Of a stretch of 64,000 bases of DNA, positions 1 to 13,943 are shown piece after piece. This stretch comes from Azolla caroliniana. Its lineage: Eukaryota; Plantae; Polypodiophyta. The stretch covers positions 19,902,001 through 19,966,000 of the forward strand of contig JBHGNT010000006.1 in assembly GCA_043228905.1 (NCBI GenBank), read 5' to 3'. The position numbers and the translations under genes are program-made. Within the stretch, counting starts at the first letter, position 1. Each line of letters starts with the position of its first letter. Below the pieces are notes generated by a model that did not search any database, was not told the origin of the DNA, and saw only the letters and a list, made by a program, of their open reading frames with translations.

Positions 1-1276
1 TGGGTCCGGCCCCTCCGGCTTTTACCAAAACCTCGTAGTTCTGGCACACGGCTTCCACAAAGCTGGTCTTTTCCTTGACCAGGTCGTACCACCCAGTGAC
101 CTCTCGGACCCGCCTTTCCACGTGCTTCGCTTCCTCCTTCCTCAACCACACACCGACGAGGCCTTCTAGCACCAACGACCAAAACCCGGAGTCCTTCATC
201 CTCCGGCCTTCGTCACCCCCGACCCAGATTCTTGCCGACACTGAGTAGTGGATGGTCTCTACATGGCGTGCCGCCGCTTCTTCCATCAGGCACTTCATTC
301 CTCCGCATCCGGTGTTCAACACCAGGGCTCTCCGGGCCTCACTAGCATGCACCCGCCCGTTCCACAGGTACACCACGGTAGCCCTGAGCGCTTCCACGAA
401 GTCGCCGCAATCCTTCCGGTTGTGACCGACCGCGTCACACCACAAGCACCGATGCCCAGTCGGAGGCCTTCGGTCACAAGGCCTGCTCGCCGCCGCCCCT
501 CCTTCCCTGTGCAATCTAGAGGCCTCATACCATTTGCGTCAGCTCTTCCAGAGCCGCTCCTCCGGACGGACCTTTGACCACGTTGGTCGAGGTCGAGCCT
601 GTCTCGAGCCAATCCCGAGTTTCCTCCCTTCGCACCGACAGTGGTCCCTCGAGCTTCCTTGCCACAACAGATCCCGCCTCCAATGAGCCCTTGTCGCCCC
701 ACTCACACCATTTGTCGAAACAGCCGCAGACTCTTTTCACCACGGCCCAGTCGGTCGTCAGGCCGTCGTCTGTCTCCAGCAAAAGACCCACTTGCCCCCG
801 ATCCTGCATGTCCACACCCTTTACGAACAACAGAACCCGGCTCATATCTAGTATGGTCATGTCCAGTGCCGAGAGCCATGCAAAGCGTTCCTCAAACTCC
901 CGGAGGAGCACCAACGCGTTTCTCCCCTATTCAGGTGTCTCCACCCACTCCATGAAGTCCCGCTTCGATAGCCGAAGTGCGTCATCAAGCCCATACTTCT
1001 CAAAGAGCCGACCTTCAGATTCTTCCCAAGTTTGGCACTCAGCCCGCACCTCGAGCACCTCCACGTGGATGCCCGGCATTGCCACCTGAGGGAATCGGCC
1101 AGCCACCTATCCTCCAGAATGTCCCTCATTACCATTTCGGCTCGGTAGGCCTCTAGATAGCTCGTGGCGTGCTTCCCACCGAACCGGCCTATTGTACCAA
1201 CAATCGCTTTGATGGCCCTATCGAGGGTGCATGTGGCCTCACGCACACTCACGATCCGATCAACGGCAGAAGCCAT
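1..1276 (-). mobile_element. Ty3/gypsy gag region (frameshifted), continues beyond the window start
   Basis: Minus-strand ORF pieces 857-1276 and 525-914 are gag-like (GRFGGKHATSYLEAY). A CCHC knuckle CLWCDAVGHNRKDC is read at 407-448 (-). Confidence 0.75.
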
Positions 1277-1322
1277 ATATATATATATATATATATGATT
1301 AGGGTTACAACCGGCATACCAG

Positions 1323-1772
1323 TGAGCGACAACGCTCTAACACTCACACGCACACACAGAAACGCGAGATGGAGACTCTGCTGGAAGCACTCGGGCTTTC
1401 CACGAAGCAGAGGCAACCTCCCAAAAACCTGCAGGGCACAACAACAGAGGAAGATAGAGGAGAAGGGCTCGGTCCCGGTCCGACAGCACTTCGTCCTTGA
1501 CAGAACACGATGCCGACTCTGCCCCTTTCCCTCTCTTTTATAGTCCAAGGAGGGAAAGACGTTAGAACTGGTCACACCACCATTATTCTCTGTCCTTTCG
1601 GACAGAGATACTCCTCGATTTTCTACCTAATGAATACGCGCTACCTAGGATACTCGCATCGGCCGGTCTGTACCTAACTATGTACAATACATCAAACTTA
1701 GTGCCCACATGTAAGGGCTGGTTCACGCACACTATTCCCGGATTCCGCCTCGGGACGGTTTTCTTCTCGACA
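1323..1772 (-). mobile_element. Putative 5' LTR of the minus-strand gypsy element, followed by a PBS-like TGGTATGCCGG (1311-1321)
   Basis: On the minus strand it starts TGTCGAG, ends ...CGCTCA and contains TATAAAA (~1536-1542). A TGG-initiated PBS-like motif and then gag follow. The second LTR is not in the window. Confidence 0.55.
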
Positions 1773-1774
1773 CC

Positions 1775-3627
1775 GTGGAGGAGGACCGGTTTCGGAGGAT
1801 ACTCGAAAGGCACAGGAAAGCCTTTGCATTCTTGCCGGGGGAGATCAGGTGCTTAGACCCGACTATCGTTGAATCGATGGTGATCTGCACGGTACCGCAC
1901 GTGTCGTGGAGTCTCAAACCGATTCCGGTACTAAGGGCTCACATCCCAAAGTTGATGGAGCTGCTCAAACAGAAAGTGGAGATGGGCATCCTCGAGTTGT
2001 CAAACGCCCCATATTCAAATCGGTGGTTTACAGTGCCAAAGAATAACAACACATTGTGCTTCATCCAGGACCTGCAACGGGTCAACAAGGTGACAATTTG
2101 GAATGTAGGAATCGGGCCGACAATTGATGAGTTTGCGGAGGCCTTCGCTAGAAGGTCAATCTACTCGGTTGGCAATTTGTACTCGGGGTACGACCAATTC
2201 CAGCTAACCGTGGAGAGCAGGGATATCAACACAATGTGAACCCCTCTTGGCCTAGTTCGGATGCGTACCCTGCCACAAGGAGGGACCAATTCGGTGGCAC
2301 ACATGCTGAACGCAATGAACAAGGTTTTGCAGGATTGCATCCTGGACATCACCATGCCATTATTAGATGACATCCCGATCAAGGGATGTCCGGAGGAAGC
2401 GAAGGATGAATCGATCGGGTTGGACGGATGCCGGAAGTTTGTCACAAACAACATCTCTGACTACGAGAAGATACTGCAAATGCTTGAGGGCGCTCGGCTT
2501 ACCTTCTCCGGGGAGAAGTCAGCTTTCGAACAATCCGAGATCCTAGTAGTGGGGCACCTGTGTGGACCATACGGCCGAAAACCGTCTCTGGCGAAGGTAG
2601 AGGCCATTGCTGGGATGGAGGAATGCAGGTTGGTCACGGAAGTCCGAAGATTCCTAGGTGCGTGCACCTTCTACCACGTTTGGATTCCGCACTACGCGCA
2701 CATCGTAGAACTGCTCTACGGATTGCTAAAGAAAGGCCATAAGTTCAATTGGAAAGAAGAACACACAGAATCGGTCCGGAGACTGAAAAAGGCGCTGACA
2801 GTGGCGTTGGCTCTCCGGAAAGCGGTATACAAGCCAGACACTCCAGTTAATGTAATGTTGGACACAAGTCCTACCAGAATCGGATGGGTGATCAACCCGG
2901 AGGAAGAAGCGGGCACGTGGTTCCCTATCCAGTTCAACACGAAGGTGCTAAGCGAGCGACAACGAGGATACGCCCAAGTTAAACGCAAACTCTGGGGTAT
3001 TGTTTCAGCAGTTAAGGCCGACAAAGACTACTTGATAAGGGCAGAGGTTATAATCGAAATGGATTGCTTGCCGATTCTCGGCATGGTTTCCGGGTGCACG
3101 ACTCTGAACCTGGCGATGCTCAGGTGGATGCCGTATATAAAATCCCTGAATCCGGAGATCCGACACATTTCTAGAAAGGACAACGCCATGGCCAATATGC
3201 TTTCGAGAGCACGGTTCGACAACGACGACGGCATGGTGTCAAAGGACGAAGAAATCGGTGTGGATTTCTTCGAGTCTGCCCGACTTAGGGCAAATAGACA
3301 CAACACTCCGGCCCTAAACGAGTTCAACGAGAACAACAACGAAGAGGAGTGGCTACTGATCGGCAAGTTCCTAAGCACGATTGCACAGGACGCGGCGTGG
3401 ACAAAAGACGAAGTGAGCTGGATCTGAAAGAAGGCATACCGGTACTTCCTACAGAACAGCAAGATATGGTGGCATCCGAAGAAGCGGATTGGCACACCAC
3501 TCCTAGTGGTGATAAAGAAAGAAGACGGTTCGGTGCTACTATCGGAATTTCATGAAAGCCCTTGGTCCGAACACCATGGAACCTGGGCCACATTCGAAAA
3601 ACTGAAGGAGAAGTATTGGTGGCCGGA
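1775..3627 (+). mobile_element. Ty3/gypsy pol fragment: RT, RNase H and start of the integrase Zn-binding domain, with stops
   Basis: SGYDQF, LPQGGTNS, LLDD, FLGAC, DTSPTRIGW, KDNAMANMLSR, HESPWSEHHG...KYWWP. Stops at 2237-2239 and 3425-3427; truncated at ~3627. Confidence 0.9.
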
Positions 3628-4035
3628 GTTCTTCATCCAATTCAGCTTTTCGGACTTCGTCTCTCTCCTTTTCGACTTCACTCCTCCCCCTCATGTTGGG
3701 GTCATCAAGATTGTGTGAACTAATGTAGAATAAACAATGGAACATGTTGAGAATCAAGGTCAACTTGGTCTAGTGTGTGAACTCACCTTGAGAGTGAATA
3801 AACACTCCAACGGTCAAGAGTCACCATTATGTCACCTCTTTGTATTGTAGCATTTAGTATGATTCATAGAATCATATTCTATGACACATAACTTATGAGC
3901 TTTCACATTCCCCATGCTCCATGAGTCTTGTAGTTAATGAAGAGAGAGGGTGACTATATAAAGCACCCTCCTCCCACCTTGTATTAAGTTGTGTCTTTCT
4001 CCTTTGTTAATATACTTAACCTTGTGTATACTCTG

Positions 4036-4066
<31 letters not shown>

Positions 4067-5099
4067 ATCTCACACACACACAGTTTACACCTATTCTGCT
4101 TCACAAGAATCACCATTGATTCTTTACAGAACATTCGAGTATGGGTTCATGAATATGTGTATAATTGGTAGAGTTTGATGTAACATATGTGCAATTACAA
4201 TATTCTTAAAGAATTATAAACTAAAATAGGGAAGTTAATCAACTTGAATTTTTCTGAGAGCTATTTGGCAAGGCCACTCAAATAGCATGCATATTTACAA
4301 GATTGTAAAGTGTGTGTAGAAAATATTCAAAAGAGATGAATACAAAAAAGGTGGCTTAGACCATGGATTATGAAATCTAGATGAAACCTAAGAGAAATAG
4401 GACCTATAGAGCCATAATAGAGATATATGAGAAGAAGAGAAGAAAGAGAGGTGAAGCTTGGGCTCTTTGTAGACCCTTCATGAGTAACATAAGCAAGAGT
4501 GAAGTTTGTAAACATTTTATTGCTTTTGTGGGGGAAAATGGCGATAAATTTGGTTAATTTGCTTAGATTCCAACACTATGCCCCTTTTTATCACCTTGTT
4601 GCATACATGAAGAAGCTCATGATAATCCTTTCTTTCTAAATAGCTTAACTTCCTCTTCTTTTGTAGTCTCCCTTGTCCCAAGTGCCTTTTCTATTTTAGT
4701 TACTCTTTTGTTAATTTATCACCTTCCTTTTTGTTAAATTCCTTCTTCTGAAATAGGCGCCACATAGTGTGTTAGAACGTGTTTGACTCATCCTTTAACC
4801 ACATGGTGGAAAACTAGAACATATTTTGATGAAGAGAGATTGTTATGGTGTTCCTTGTGAGAGAGAAAGAGAAAGAATACACAAGATTATCAAAGACACA
4901 AGCAATACTAATATTAAATTGACTACAAATCAAGGATAACCCCAATTTTTTTAATCAATCTTAGATACAAGAGAGAGACTTGGGTTTTATATAGAACACA
5001 TGTGTAAGTACACATAGAAGCTAGGATCAATCTAGTAATGAAAGGGACAATGAATGGGAAATCTAAAATATTCATTTCCTTAATGCAAAAGTGTTTCGT

Positions 5100-5960
5100 G
5101 TTCATTCAATCAATGGCGGACTTTAATATACATGTGCCCCCATACAATGTGTCTTCACACAGAAGGTGAGTGCTTGAGCTTGTTACGTTAATGGAGAAAT
5201 TAGTTCGTGTGGTGCAACCCCATCATCGAGGAAGAAGAATACTTTTAGTGAGAAAGTGACATATAAAAGTTTCCACCGCAAAAACAAAAGAAAATATAGA
5301 AGTTATTATCAACTCCACAAAAACTATGGCAAGGCCATTTAGGTTCGTCATCAATTGGTTATTGATATCACAAGTGAACTGTAGCTTAAAGGAATTGAAC
5401 CCAATGTATTAGAAATTTCGATTGTACAAAAAGGACTCTGAAAATGGACAAATGAACCTAGCAAAAACCTGATTAATAGTTATTATGATTGGTCATTACA
5501 ACCAACATTACCATATATTCCAGTTTACACTTGCATGGAGCCTAAAAAATCTAATAGTAATTGTTGATTTCGAGGATCATTACACTACAAGGCACAAATA
5601 TCTTCTTGTAGCAAGCAATAAATTACAAAGGAAGCATTAAAAGAGCATGGTTCATGATTGGACTTTATCAAACAGAATAAAATGGAGGGTCAAGTCTAAA
5701 GGCCAAGGTAAATTGGCTCACATTGGCACTTTGAATGAATTGCAATCAAATGGAGAAATCAAGTCAAGATATTAACCAAGGAACTAATAACTACAACAAA
5801 GACAATGAGGGGGGGAATCAAATTTTATTTCAATGGTCAATGCAAGGGTTTACCAAGTTTCCTTTGTAGACAATTAGTATGATAGAATTTCACTCATCAT
5901 AAGGAGAAAGCCAATTTTTTGTAAAATTTCTTTCTAGACATTCATCTGCCCTACAACTAT
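5100..5960 (+). mobile_element. Highly degraded retrotransposon pol (RNase H/integrase) remnant
   Basis: Scattered integrase-like peptides (e.g. LDFI near 5659) in broken frames; no long ORF. Confidence 0.35.
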
Positions 5961-7559
5961 TGTCTAACATGCATGTCAATGTGTTTCCCACTAGATTGGG
6001 AACCCACATTGTCTTGTAAATGACAAGATATGAGAATGCAAAGGTAGATCCACCAAGGTTTTGAATAGGTGAGAGATATAGGCACTAAGAAGGGATATCA
6101 AAGGGTTTGGGCTTGAATTAATTTGACAAGATTCAAACACACATGCATGGAGACAGAGTGATGATTACTCTAGAATATAGTTTGGAGAGAATCCTTGATA
6201 GTAGCATAGACATATACCTAGACAAGGATTGAAGATTAATTAGACTCAAGTTAGGTAAATCCCTTTATTTATAAGAGCAAGATGATGTAGAAGCTTTATT
6301 TGTTTCTTAAGCCTCAATACTTAGCACAACACGAGGCGGAAGATTACTAGACCTTTTGCTCCCCTCTCCACATTTATACATGTCATGTTAATGCAAATAA
6401 TGTAGGTTACTAGGTTGTTTTCTAAGTCAGATGCTCCACCATTTCTAATGTAGGCATGCACAATGTACACAATGGAAAATTGCATGACATCCAAATCACA
6501 GGAAAGTCTAGGCTCATGAAGCCCAAATTCGTGATAAAAGATGAGACTTTGACTTCTTGTATTCCTTTTAGAGACATCATGCGGGATAATTCTCTTTTCC
6601 TTTTTCCTTTTTATGGCACACTCTTTAGCACACAAGGCAAAAGTTGAAAATAGAAATGATGTTGATCAATGATAATAAAGATGACGAATTTTTTCTCCTT
6701 CTTAACATACTTTTAATTAGCTTACAAACCTCGATTTTGTTGCAATGCTCACCTTGTGCTAAAAGCATTAGGGTAACGTAACGGACAACATCAAATACCA
6801 AGTAGTTAAAAGGACAATGTGCAAATGGACTATCTCATAGGTGTGCACATATTGGAATGTCATAAGTTAGGATATGATATGAAAGTGTGTATATAGTAAA
6901 AATTGTCTTTTCGATTGTCATTTTGTAAGCTTTATATGTAGAGAACATGCAAATTGTAGCATGCATCTTATCATAATATAAAAGAGATATTTTCCTACAC
7001 GATTGTGACATTGCATTCTTCAAGGAAGCTCAATAACAATACCAATGCCTAAGTAGGACAATGTGAATCACATGGAAGAATTGAATTTGCAAGATAAACA
7101 ATATTATAATTATGATTATTGGCAATTGCCTCAGTGAACAAGGCATTGTGAGAGTACATGTGTGTGAGCTCCCTCCATCGAACTCTAGAAATGGGGTTTC
7201 CAAGGTGGGGGATGACATTAAAGGCCAAGAGGTATAGTTTTTTCTTTTCCAAAACAAATATCCTTCCATTAGTTGTATAAAAAGGGTCATAACAGCTACA
7301 ACATACAAAGTTTTTTCCCCCCCTCATCCCGTCTTGTGTAAGACAGTGGTTGAGGAAACAAATCCAAAATAGAGAAAACAATCCACTATTTGTAAGCTAT
7401 TCCTTAGACACAATGCAAGGTATCATATCCATAGATAACAACCAAAGTACTTATATTCGGAAACATGCCCTTGCAAGTCATAATTATGAACCTTTCATTC
7501 AATACTTCTTCAACCAACTCGTGCTCAACATAATCTTTATCCAAAAACCCGCAATATAG

Positions 7560-8500
7560 TGTACTCCATGCCTGTATATCTTACATTTGAAGGTACTAAA
7601 AACTCTCAAGGTAGATAATAGTGTACTCCATGCTTGTATATCATACATTTGAAGGTGGTCCAACACATTCTACTGTCAACTCAACAAATATGCTTCTTCT
7701 TTCCACATCAACCATCTCGTTGGTTACCACCAACTTCCTGTACATCACAAATTTGAAGGCAATCCAATACATTATACTATCAACTCAACAAATATGCTTC
7801 CTCTTTCCACATCAACCATCTCGTCGGTTGCCATCAACTTCTTGTCAAACAACACATTAAGTCAATACATTATGCTTCGGCCCCCACATCATCATCACTC
7901 ATCCTTATCAAAAACATATAAATTGCTTCGTGAAGTCCACATCAACCATCTCGCCGATTGCCACCAAATTTCTGCACATAGACAATAAAATGAGTTTAAA
8001 TTCCTCATCTTATCATGAGAATATTCTTCGACCTCCACACCATCATCACTCATCCTTATCCAAACCATGAAAATTGCTTCGTTAAGTCCACATCAATCAT
8101 CTCGCCGAATACCACCAAAAAATTCTGCACATACAACAATACAATGAGTCTTGTTTTGTCATCTCCTCATGAAAATATGGTTCGACACCCACATCCTCAT
8201 CACTCATCCTTATCAAAAACATACATTCTTCTTCATCAAGTTCACATCAAACATCTCATCGATTGTCGCCAAAATCCTGTACATACAATCAATTAATGAG
8301 TCTAGTCTTCTCAAGAGACTATGCTTCAATCCCCACACCAAAATCGTGTACCTACAAAAACAAAATGACACCACTATCCTCTCTGCTCATTAAATCGGTT
8401 ACAGCCCTCAACACCTTCATCACTCATCCTTATCCAAAATTAGAAGATGCTTCATTTTCCACATCTAGCATCTCACCCGTATCACTCCACATGATTCCCC
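7560..8500. repeat. Degenerate tandem array, ~100-150 bp units
   Basis: CACATCAACCATCTCG-like motif recurs at ~7705, 7808, 7938, 8089, 8244 and 8460; CACTCATCCTTATC recurs four times. Confidence 0.8.
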
Positions 8501-8582
8501 CTATCACATCTACCTCTCTTATGTCCTTCTTGTCAAAGTGTAAGTAAAAAAGAGTAAGAAGAAAAAACTATATACCTCACAA

Positions 8583-9600
8583 TTATCTTTGAAATAAGAA
8601 AGGACTAGGAGGAGGGAATAGCCAACGTGGTGGAGCATAATTCCAACGAACTTCATGTGATTCATCCAACCAGAGAGGTATTGGCCACCATATTTTACGA
8701 AGCTTTTGCCTTTTCTTATGCACCTTTTTCGGCGTTCCTTTAATACTATCATACTCTCCCTTAACTGTGTGCACTAAGTTGTCCCAAAACATCTTAATCA
8801 TATTGACCACATTGTACTCGATGCCTTCATATTTCTTTCACCAACAATGTTTGGACAGACTACTTCAATTGTACTCTCTGACATACGTAATGCTTCCGCG
8901 CATTGCTCCGCCTTGTACAAAGATACCTGAAATATGAGGAGAGATGATAGGCGGGTCGAGGGAAGATACACCGGAACTCCCTCTGTGCATTGACTCAGGT
9001 GCCACTCGGCGCTCAGTCATTCCAAGAGGCATAGTTTAGCATTGAGAAAGCATGAGAAAGGTGAAGAAAATATGTATTCATATTCTACATAAGCAGAGAT
9101 GTTGTATGAGTATGGCCATGAGGAAGAGTTTCAAGTGTGTACCAAAAAAAGAAGATGGCAATGTGTGAGTGTTTAAGATCCTGAGTTTCAATGTAACAAA
9201 TGATAGATAATAGTTGTTTGTTTGGGATTGACCCCATATACAAACTTATTGTCATGTTAACAAACATCCTTAGATTTGGTACATAGAGTGCGCCATTCTA
9301 TGTTTATTTTGTATGCATCATTAAGATTGGATGTAATGTGGGCAAATGGATGTAATTTTCTCTCAAGACTATTCTTATGAAATCTAATGGAGTTCCTCGA
9401 GTTTATGAAGGAAACGCATGCAAGTATTAAATATGCCATCGGATTTTAATGAGATATGAGAGTTGCTTGGATCTCCTATTTGTGACCTTTGCAAATGGGA
9501 ATGTTTATTTTGAGCATACATGTGGATACTTGACATAAAAGACACGATGTGACATATCTAAAATCGCATAGTTGGGTCTCAAATCGAAGCGCACGCAACA
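8583..9600 (-). mobile_element. Degraded L1-type LINE ORF2 3' end
   Basis: The 8583-8810 (-) peptide (FWDNLVHTVKG...VRWNYAPP) resembles the C-terminus of the LINE at 51801-52124 (IWSEVVGTLK...IRWTYRVSP). Confidence 0.4.
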
Positions 9601-11252
9601 CAATGTTAATTGTCTTAGTTAAAAGTTACAAAGCTATATTGAAAAGATTCACTAGCCGCAATTTGGTGGAAACATTTTGCGTTTGAATGAGAAATCAAAT
9701 CATTAATATCTCTTTAATAATAAGTAGATGAGTAGGAAGGGGAGCAAAATCCTTAATGTTGTTTCTTAGATGTTTGTGTTTAGTGAGATAAGATGGAAAG
9801 GATAGTCCTAAATGTGAATGGCATTTATAGATCACGAGGAAAACATGTGCTGAGTGTGGTGGAAAAGTGTCAACCTGAAACATGTGATGACCATGGGGCA
9901 AAAGTGTCAAACTATATATGTCACTTTTTACCATTGAATTGAGTCCTATACATCACACTACCATTGTCTAGGGCCCTACATTTTAAAATATAAACAACCA
10001 TTGCCCTTGTCATGAGATTTCGAAATCCTTTTATAAAAAAGCACCCCTGAATCTCCTCAAGTTACAAGCCCGTGTTGTACTAAAAGTTGCTTCGATGTGG
10101 TTCTCCACACATAGAAGCCCGTGCGAAAACCATTGTTTTGTAAATCAATTAAGCCGGCCCATCTGCACACTATATTCCGAGAGGCCCCAAAAGCAAAACT
10201 TCCAAAGTTGGGTAAAATGGTTTTGTCACACAAATGGGCCAAAAGAATGAAGGTCCACAAAGTTATGAAAAGGCTAGTTTTGTGGTAAGTGAGTGGGTCG
10301 GTGATGTGCTAATTTTAGGCAATACATAATTAAGAAGAGGAAGAAAAACGAGAATGAATTGAATAAAAATTGAAGCGTTTCTTGTTGGGAGGGTGGCAGC
10401 CATTCGTTCTTCAATTTTGAAGGAAGTAATGGAAACACCTAATCTTCGCTTTAACCACCACATAATCACTCCAAAAGAGAACCCTAATCGCTTTCCTTCT
10501 CTTTGCCTTCGTCCATCTAACTCCAAACCCAAACCCTAGTTTTGGCTTCAACCATATGCATTTGATGATTTGATTACAAGACTCTTTTTTCTTTTTCTTT
10601 TTTGCTTTTCAAAAGAGTTATGGTGTTTGCTAATTAGGGTTAATTCCCACACAAACATTTTCCTGTGAGAATCGAATGCCACCACCCCCTAATACAAGAA
10701 TGGAGACTCGGAAGAATGTCCACACGATCCGAACTGGTTTTTACGAGATCACCGATTATGCAATGAAGCCAATACATGTCTCTCTCTATTTCTCTCTATG
10801 TGTTAATTGTCTTCTTCTACTAGAGTCTAGGACATGTCTCTCTCAACCATGACATTCTACACATTCCTTCCTTGAAAGACTAATCATACTCACTCATTTT
10901 GTCACTTCAATTATCATTGGCAACAATAACCAACCATTCATAGTGTTGTTTGTTTTAAGTCCATCCATCATTGGGGCATAATATAACTATTTTCTATCCC
11001 CTTGATCTTTCTTTTTTGTCCATGTCTTCGATCTGTGGTGTTGATCTTGCGCTTCAAATTACTTATATAACCAATCCTCGTTGTTTTAATAATGTCATTT
11101 ACGACACTTGAATAGCATTGTGTCTAGGGTAGTTCACTTCAACCTTGTTTGGCCACACTCTTACCATGATTTTTTTAACACCTTAATAGCATCGTCCACA
11201 TTATGAGTATAATCTTCGAGTTTATTATAAATATCGTGTTGGATGATACTCA

Positions 11253-11488
11253 CTACTTTTAGCATGTGTTATTCTTGATATCTTTGGAATCAACTATGAG
11301 CATGACATTAATTTCATTGATATGTTTTGTTTTCTTGATACTAGTGGAAGCTTATTAGAAAACAATATGACTACTTTTAGCATGTGTTATTCTTGGTATC
11401 TTTGGAATAAACTATAAGCATGACATTAATTTCATTGATATGTTTTGTTTTCTTGATATTAGTCGAAGCTTATTAGAAAACAATATGA
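11253..11488. repeat. Tandem duplication, 118-bp unit x2
   Basis: CTACTTTTAGCATGTG...GAAAACAATATGA starts at 11253 and 11371 with a few mismatches. Confidence 0.95.
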
Positions 11489-13619
11489 AAGTTGTTTCGG
11501 AGAACAAATATGGCGTTCGGATAAAACCAAGGTTGATGAAACTGATCAATTGAGTGCCCGTTGTGATTTTATTTGTTGGGAAAATGACATGGTAAATAAG
11601 ACCAAACTATCTTGAATAGTGCTACAAACTTATCTTCACATAAGTCTCTACAACTGTTGTATGTTGAACAATGTGAAGTAAACAAAGGTGTAAGTTCTAC
11701 ATCAATCACACAATAAAGGGGAATTATAAAAAATGTCCTTCACATATAGGATAATATCCATCATACAATGTGTGTCAAGAACTAAAGAGAATTTATGATG
11801 CATGTCAAGAATTTGTGTAATATGTGACCAAAGTCTCATTTGTACATGTCCTAAACCTTTTCACACAATCTTTTGTCGTTTCATTGTTACCAATGGAAAT
11901 TCGTGCAGCATAAGATATGCCTTACCTATTATGTTTGCACGTATCTACAGCGGATGCCAAGTGTAAGGGTTGGCGAGGTTCGAGATTCAAGAATTTGCAT
12001 GCTTGATAAAATAATAAAGACAAGGAAAAAACAAGTCATGCCAGATCATAATAGTGTTGAATCTAGGAATCATTTCACAAGAAAAAGATTATTATCTTTG
12101 GAAAACCCATCAAGTGATTTTGGATTCACATCGAGGAAGGGTCCAAGAAAAAATACAATAAAACTAGAATGGGAACCACCTTTTAGGAAGGGCAGTATGG
12201 ACAATTTACTGGTAATATGGATGAACTTTGTGACACAATCACACAAGATTGCACAACCTTTATTTCAGTCTAATCATTCATACTATCACATTTTGGTTTT
12301 ATAGGAAAACACACATAGAAAGAAGCGTATGGCAACATATAAGGATTTATTTGCATCTATTGGGGTGAGAACGGCCATGGATCCACGTGCATCCCTACCA
12401 ATCGCCTTAGGCAAACGACAATTATCAAGTTACAAAGATGAAAGATTGTCATATGGAGTAGGAGCGGCTTTACAATGTAGGTATTATGATCCAAAGCAAA
12501 CAATAACAATCAAATGAGGGAATACATCAAAGAAAACAAATCAGCTGTAAACTGGACAACATAATGGCAAGAAAGCTCGGGATATTGAAAGGTACATACA
12601 ATTGAATTCTACATTCAGGTAACTTGTAATTCCTTTATTCAGCTTAAAATCATGTTATAGTTTTGTAGTAATTTCATGGTACTTCATGTATTTTGAAATC
12701 AGATACATGTTTTGATTCTTATTTGTAAACAAAATTTGGAATTATGTTGGCCACCACTAATTCAAAAATATACTGAAATTCTTTCCATGACATCTGGCTA
12801 ATAAGGAACCTTGGATTATGTGTAAGATCGCAATATTGTAATAAGAGAATTATAAGAACGCATATTGACTAGAAGGTAACTATTTAAGAGTGTATATGAT
12901 AAGGTTATAAGTTATAACATAGGGATGTGGCCAAAAAAGGGGAATCCTTTATTAAATTTTAAGATGGCCAAACTCTAAGCATGTATGTGAAGCTATTATC
13001 ACTTGTCTATGTCACTTTATGTGACAATACAAACATATAACATGTTAGTCATAACCTTCATGGACCCTTATCATGTGTATGCAAAGTTTCGTTAGATGGA
13101 AACACGGAATTTCAAATGATCCTTTTAATATATTATCTCCCATGCTTGCTACGAGTCAATGGATTTGTATATCAAACATTTCACCTCAAATAACAGATCA
13201 TTGTATACAAACCAGATCTTTTACTTTTCATTCATATGTGTGGTCATCTCTTTTGACTTCATGGCTTATTCACGTTACTTGAAATTGCTTGTTACTATTT
13301 GAAAGCATAAGGCATAAACTACTTGAAACTCGCATCATTGTTGAAATTGGTATCGTAAGTATCTTTCTGATGATGGCATGATTAAATTGCAAGGTTTGAT
13401 TATCTTCAACGCAGCGAAATTGTCACATGATACAAACTCTTGAATCTTGATATACTTTTCAACACCTCTTCAACATGGGGCAAATTTGTGACATGATACA
13501 AAATCTTGAATCTTGATATACTTTAGACTGAGAATAACAGTGGCACTTGAGTTACCAATACATTCCACCTGAAAAAAACCATAAGAGTGCTAAACCAAAA
13601 CTTCCAAATTGAAACTTCA

Positions 13620-13943
13620 AATGTCACTACCACAAGTTTCTAACTTCCAAAACACGAATGCAATTTCGGACTTGTTTTTCACTTCTCTAACTTTGAGACA
13701 AGTGTTGGGTTAATATGGCAGCTACTGCAAATAGGCATATATCATTCAAGACGTGTATAGTTCCTCTTTCATATTTGTTGATAAGGGCCAAGCCAAGCTT
13801 CTCATTACACCCACACACCACATCATCCTTGCCATCCTCATCCAAAGGCTCCTTCAGCCAATGGTTAGTGGAGATAGCTTTTATCCATTCATTTGTACCA
13901 TAATATTGAGAATGCTTTATATCCCCATGACCAAATATATGTT
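13620..13943 (-). pseudogene. Decayed E+/DYW deaminase domain downstream of the PPR stop
   Basis: Broken frames read HIFGHGDIKHSQ...DEDGKDDVVCGCNEKLGLALINK...ICSSCH (13715-13729)...TLVSKLEK*...NCIRVLE, collinear with the DYW consensus (HxExLA, CxxCH, ISKI). Confidence 0.75.

Noticed and set aside
11490-12620. ORFs 11873-12304 and 12329-12517 as a gene
   Set aside because: No recognisable domain; probably a decayed TE, and I could not assign it.
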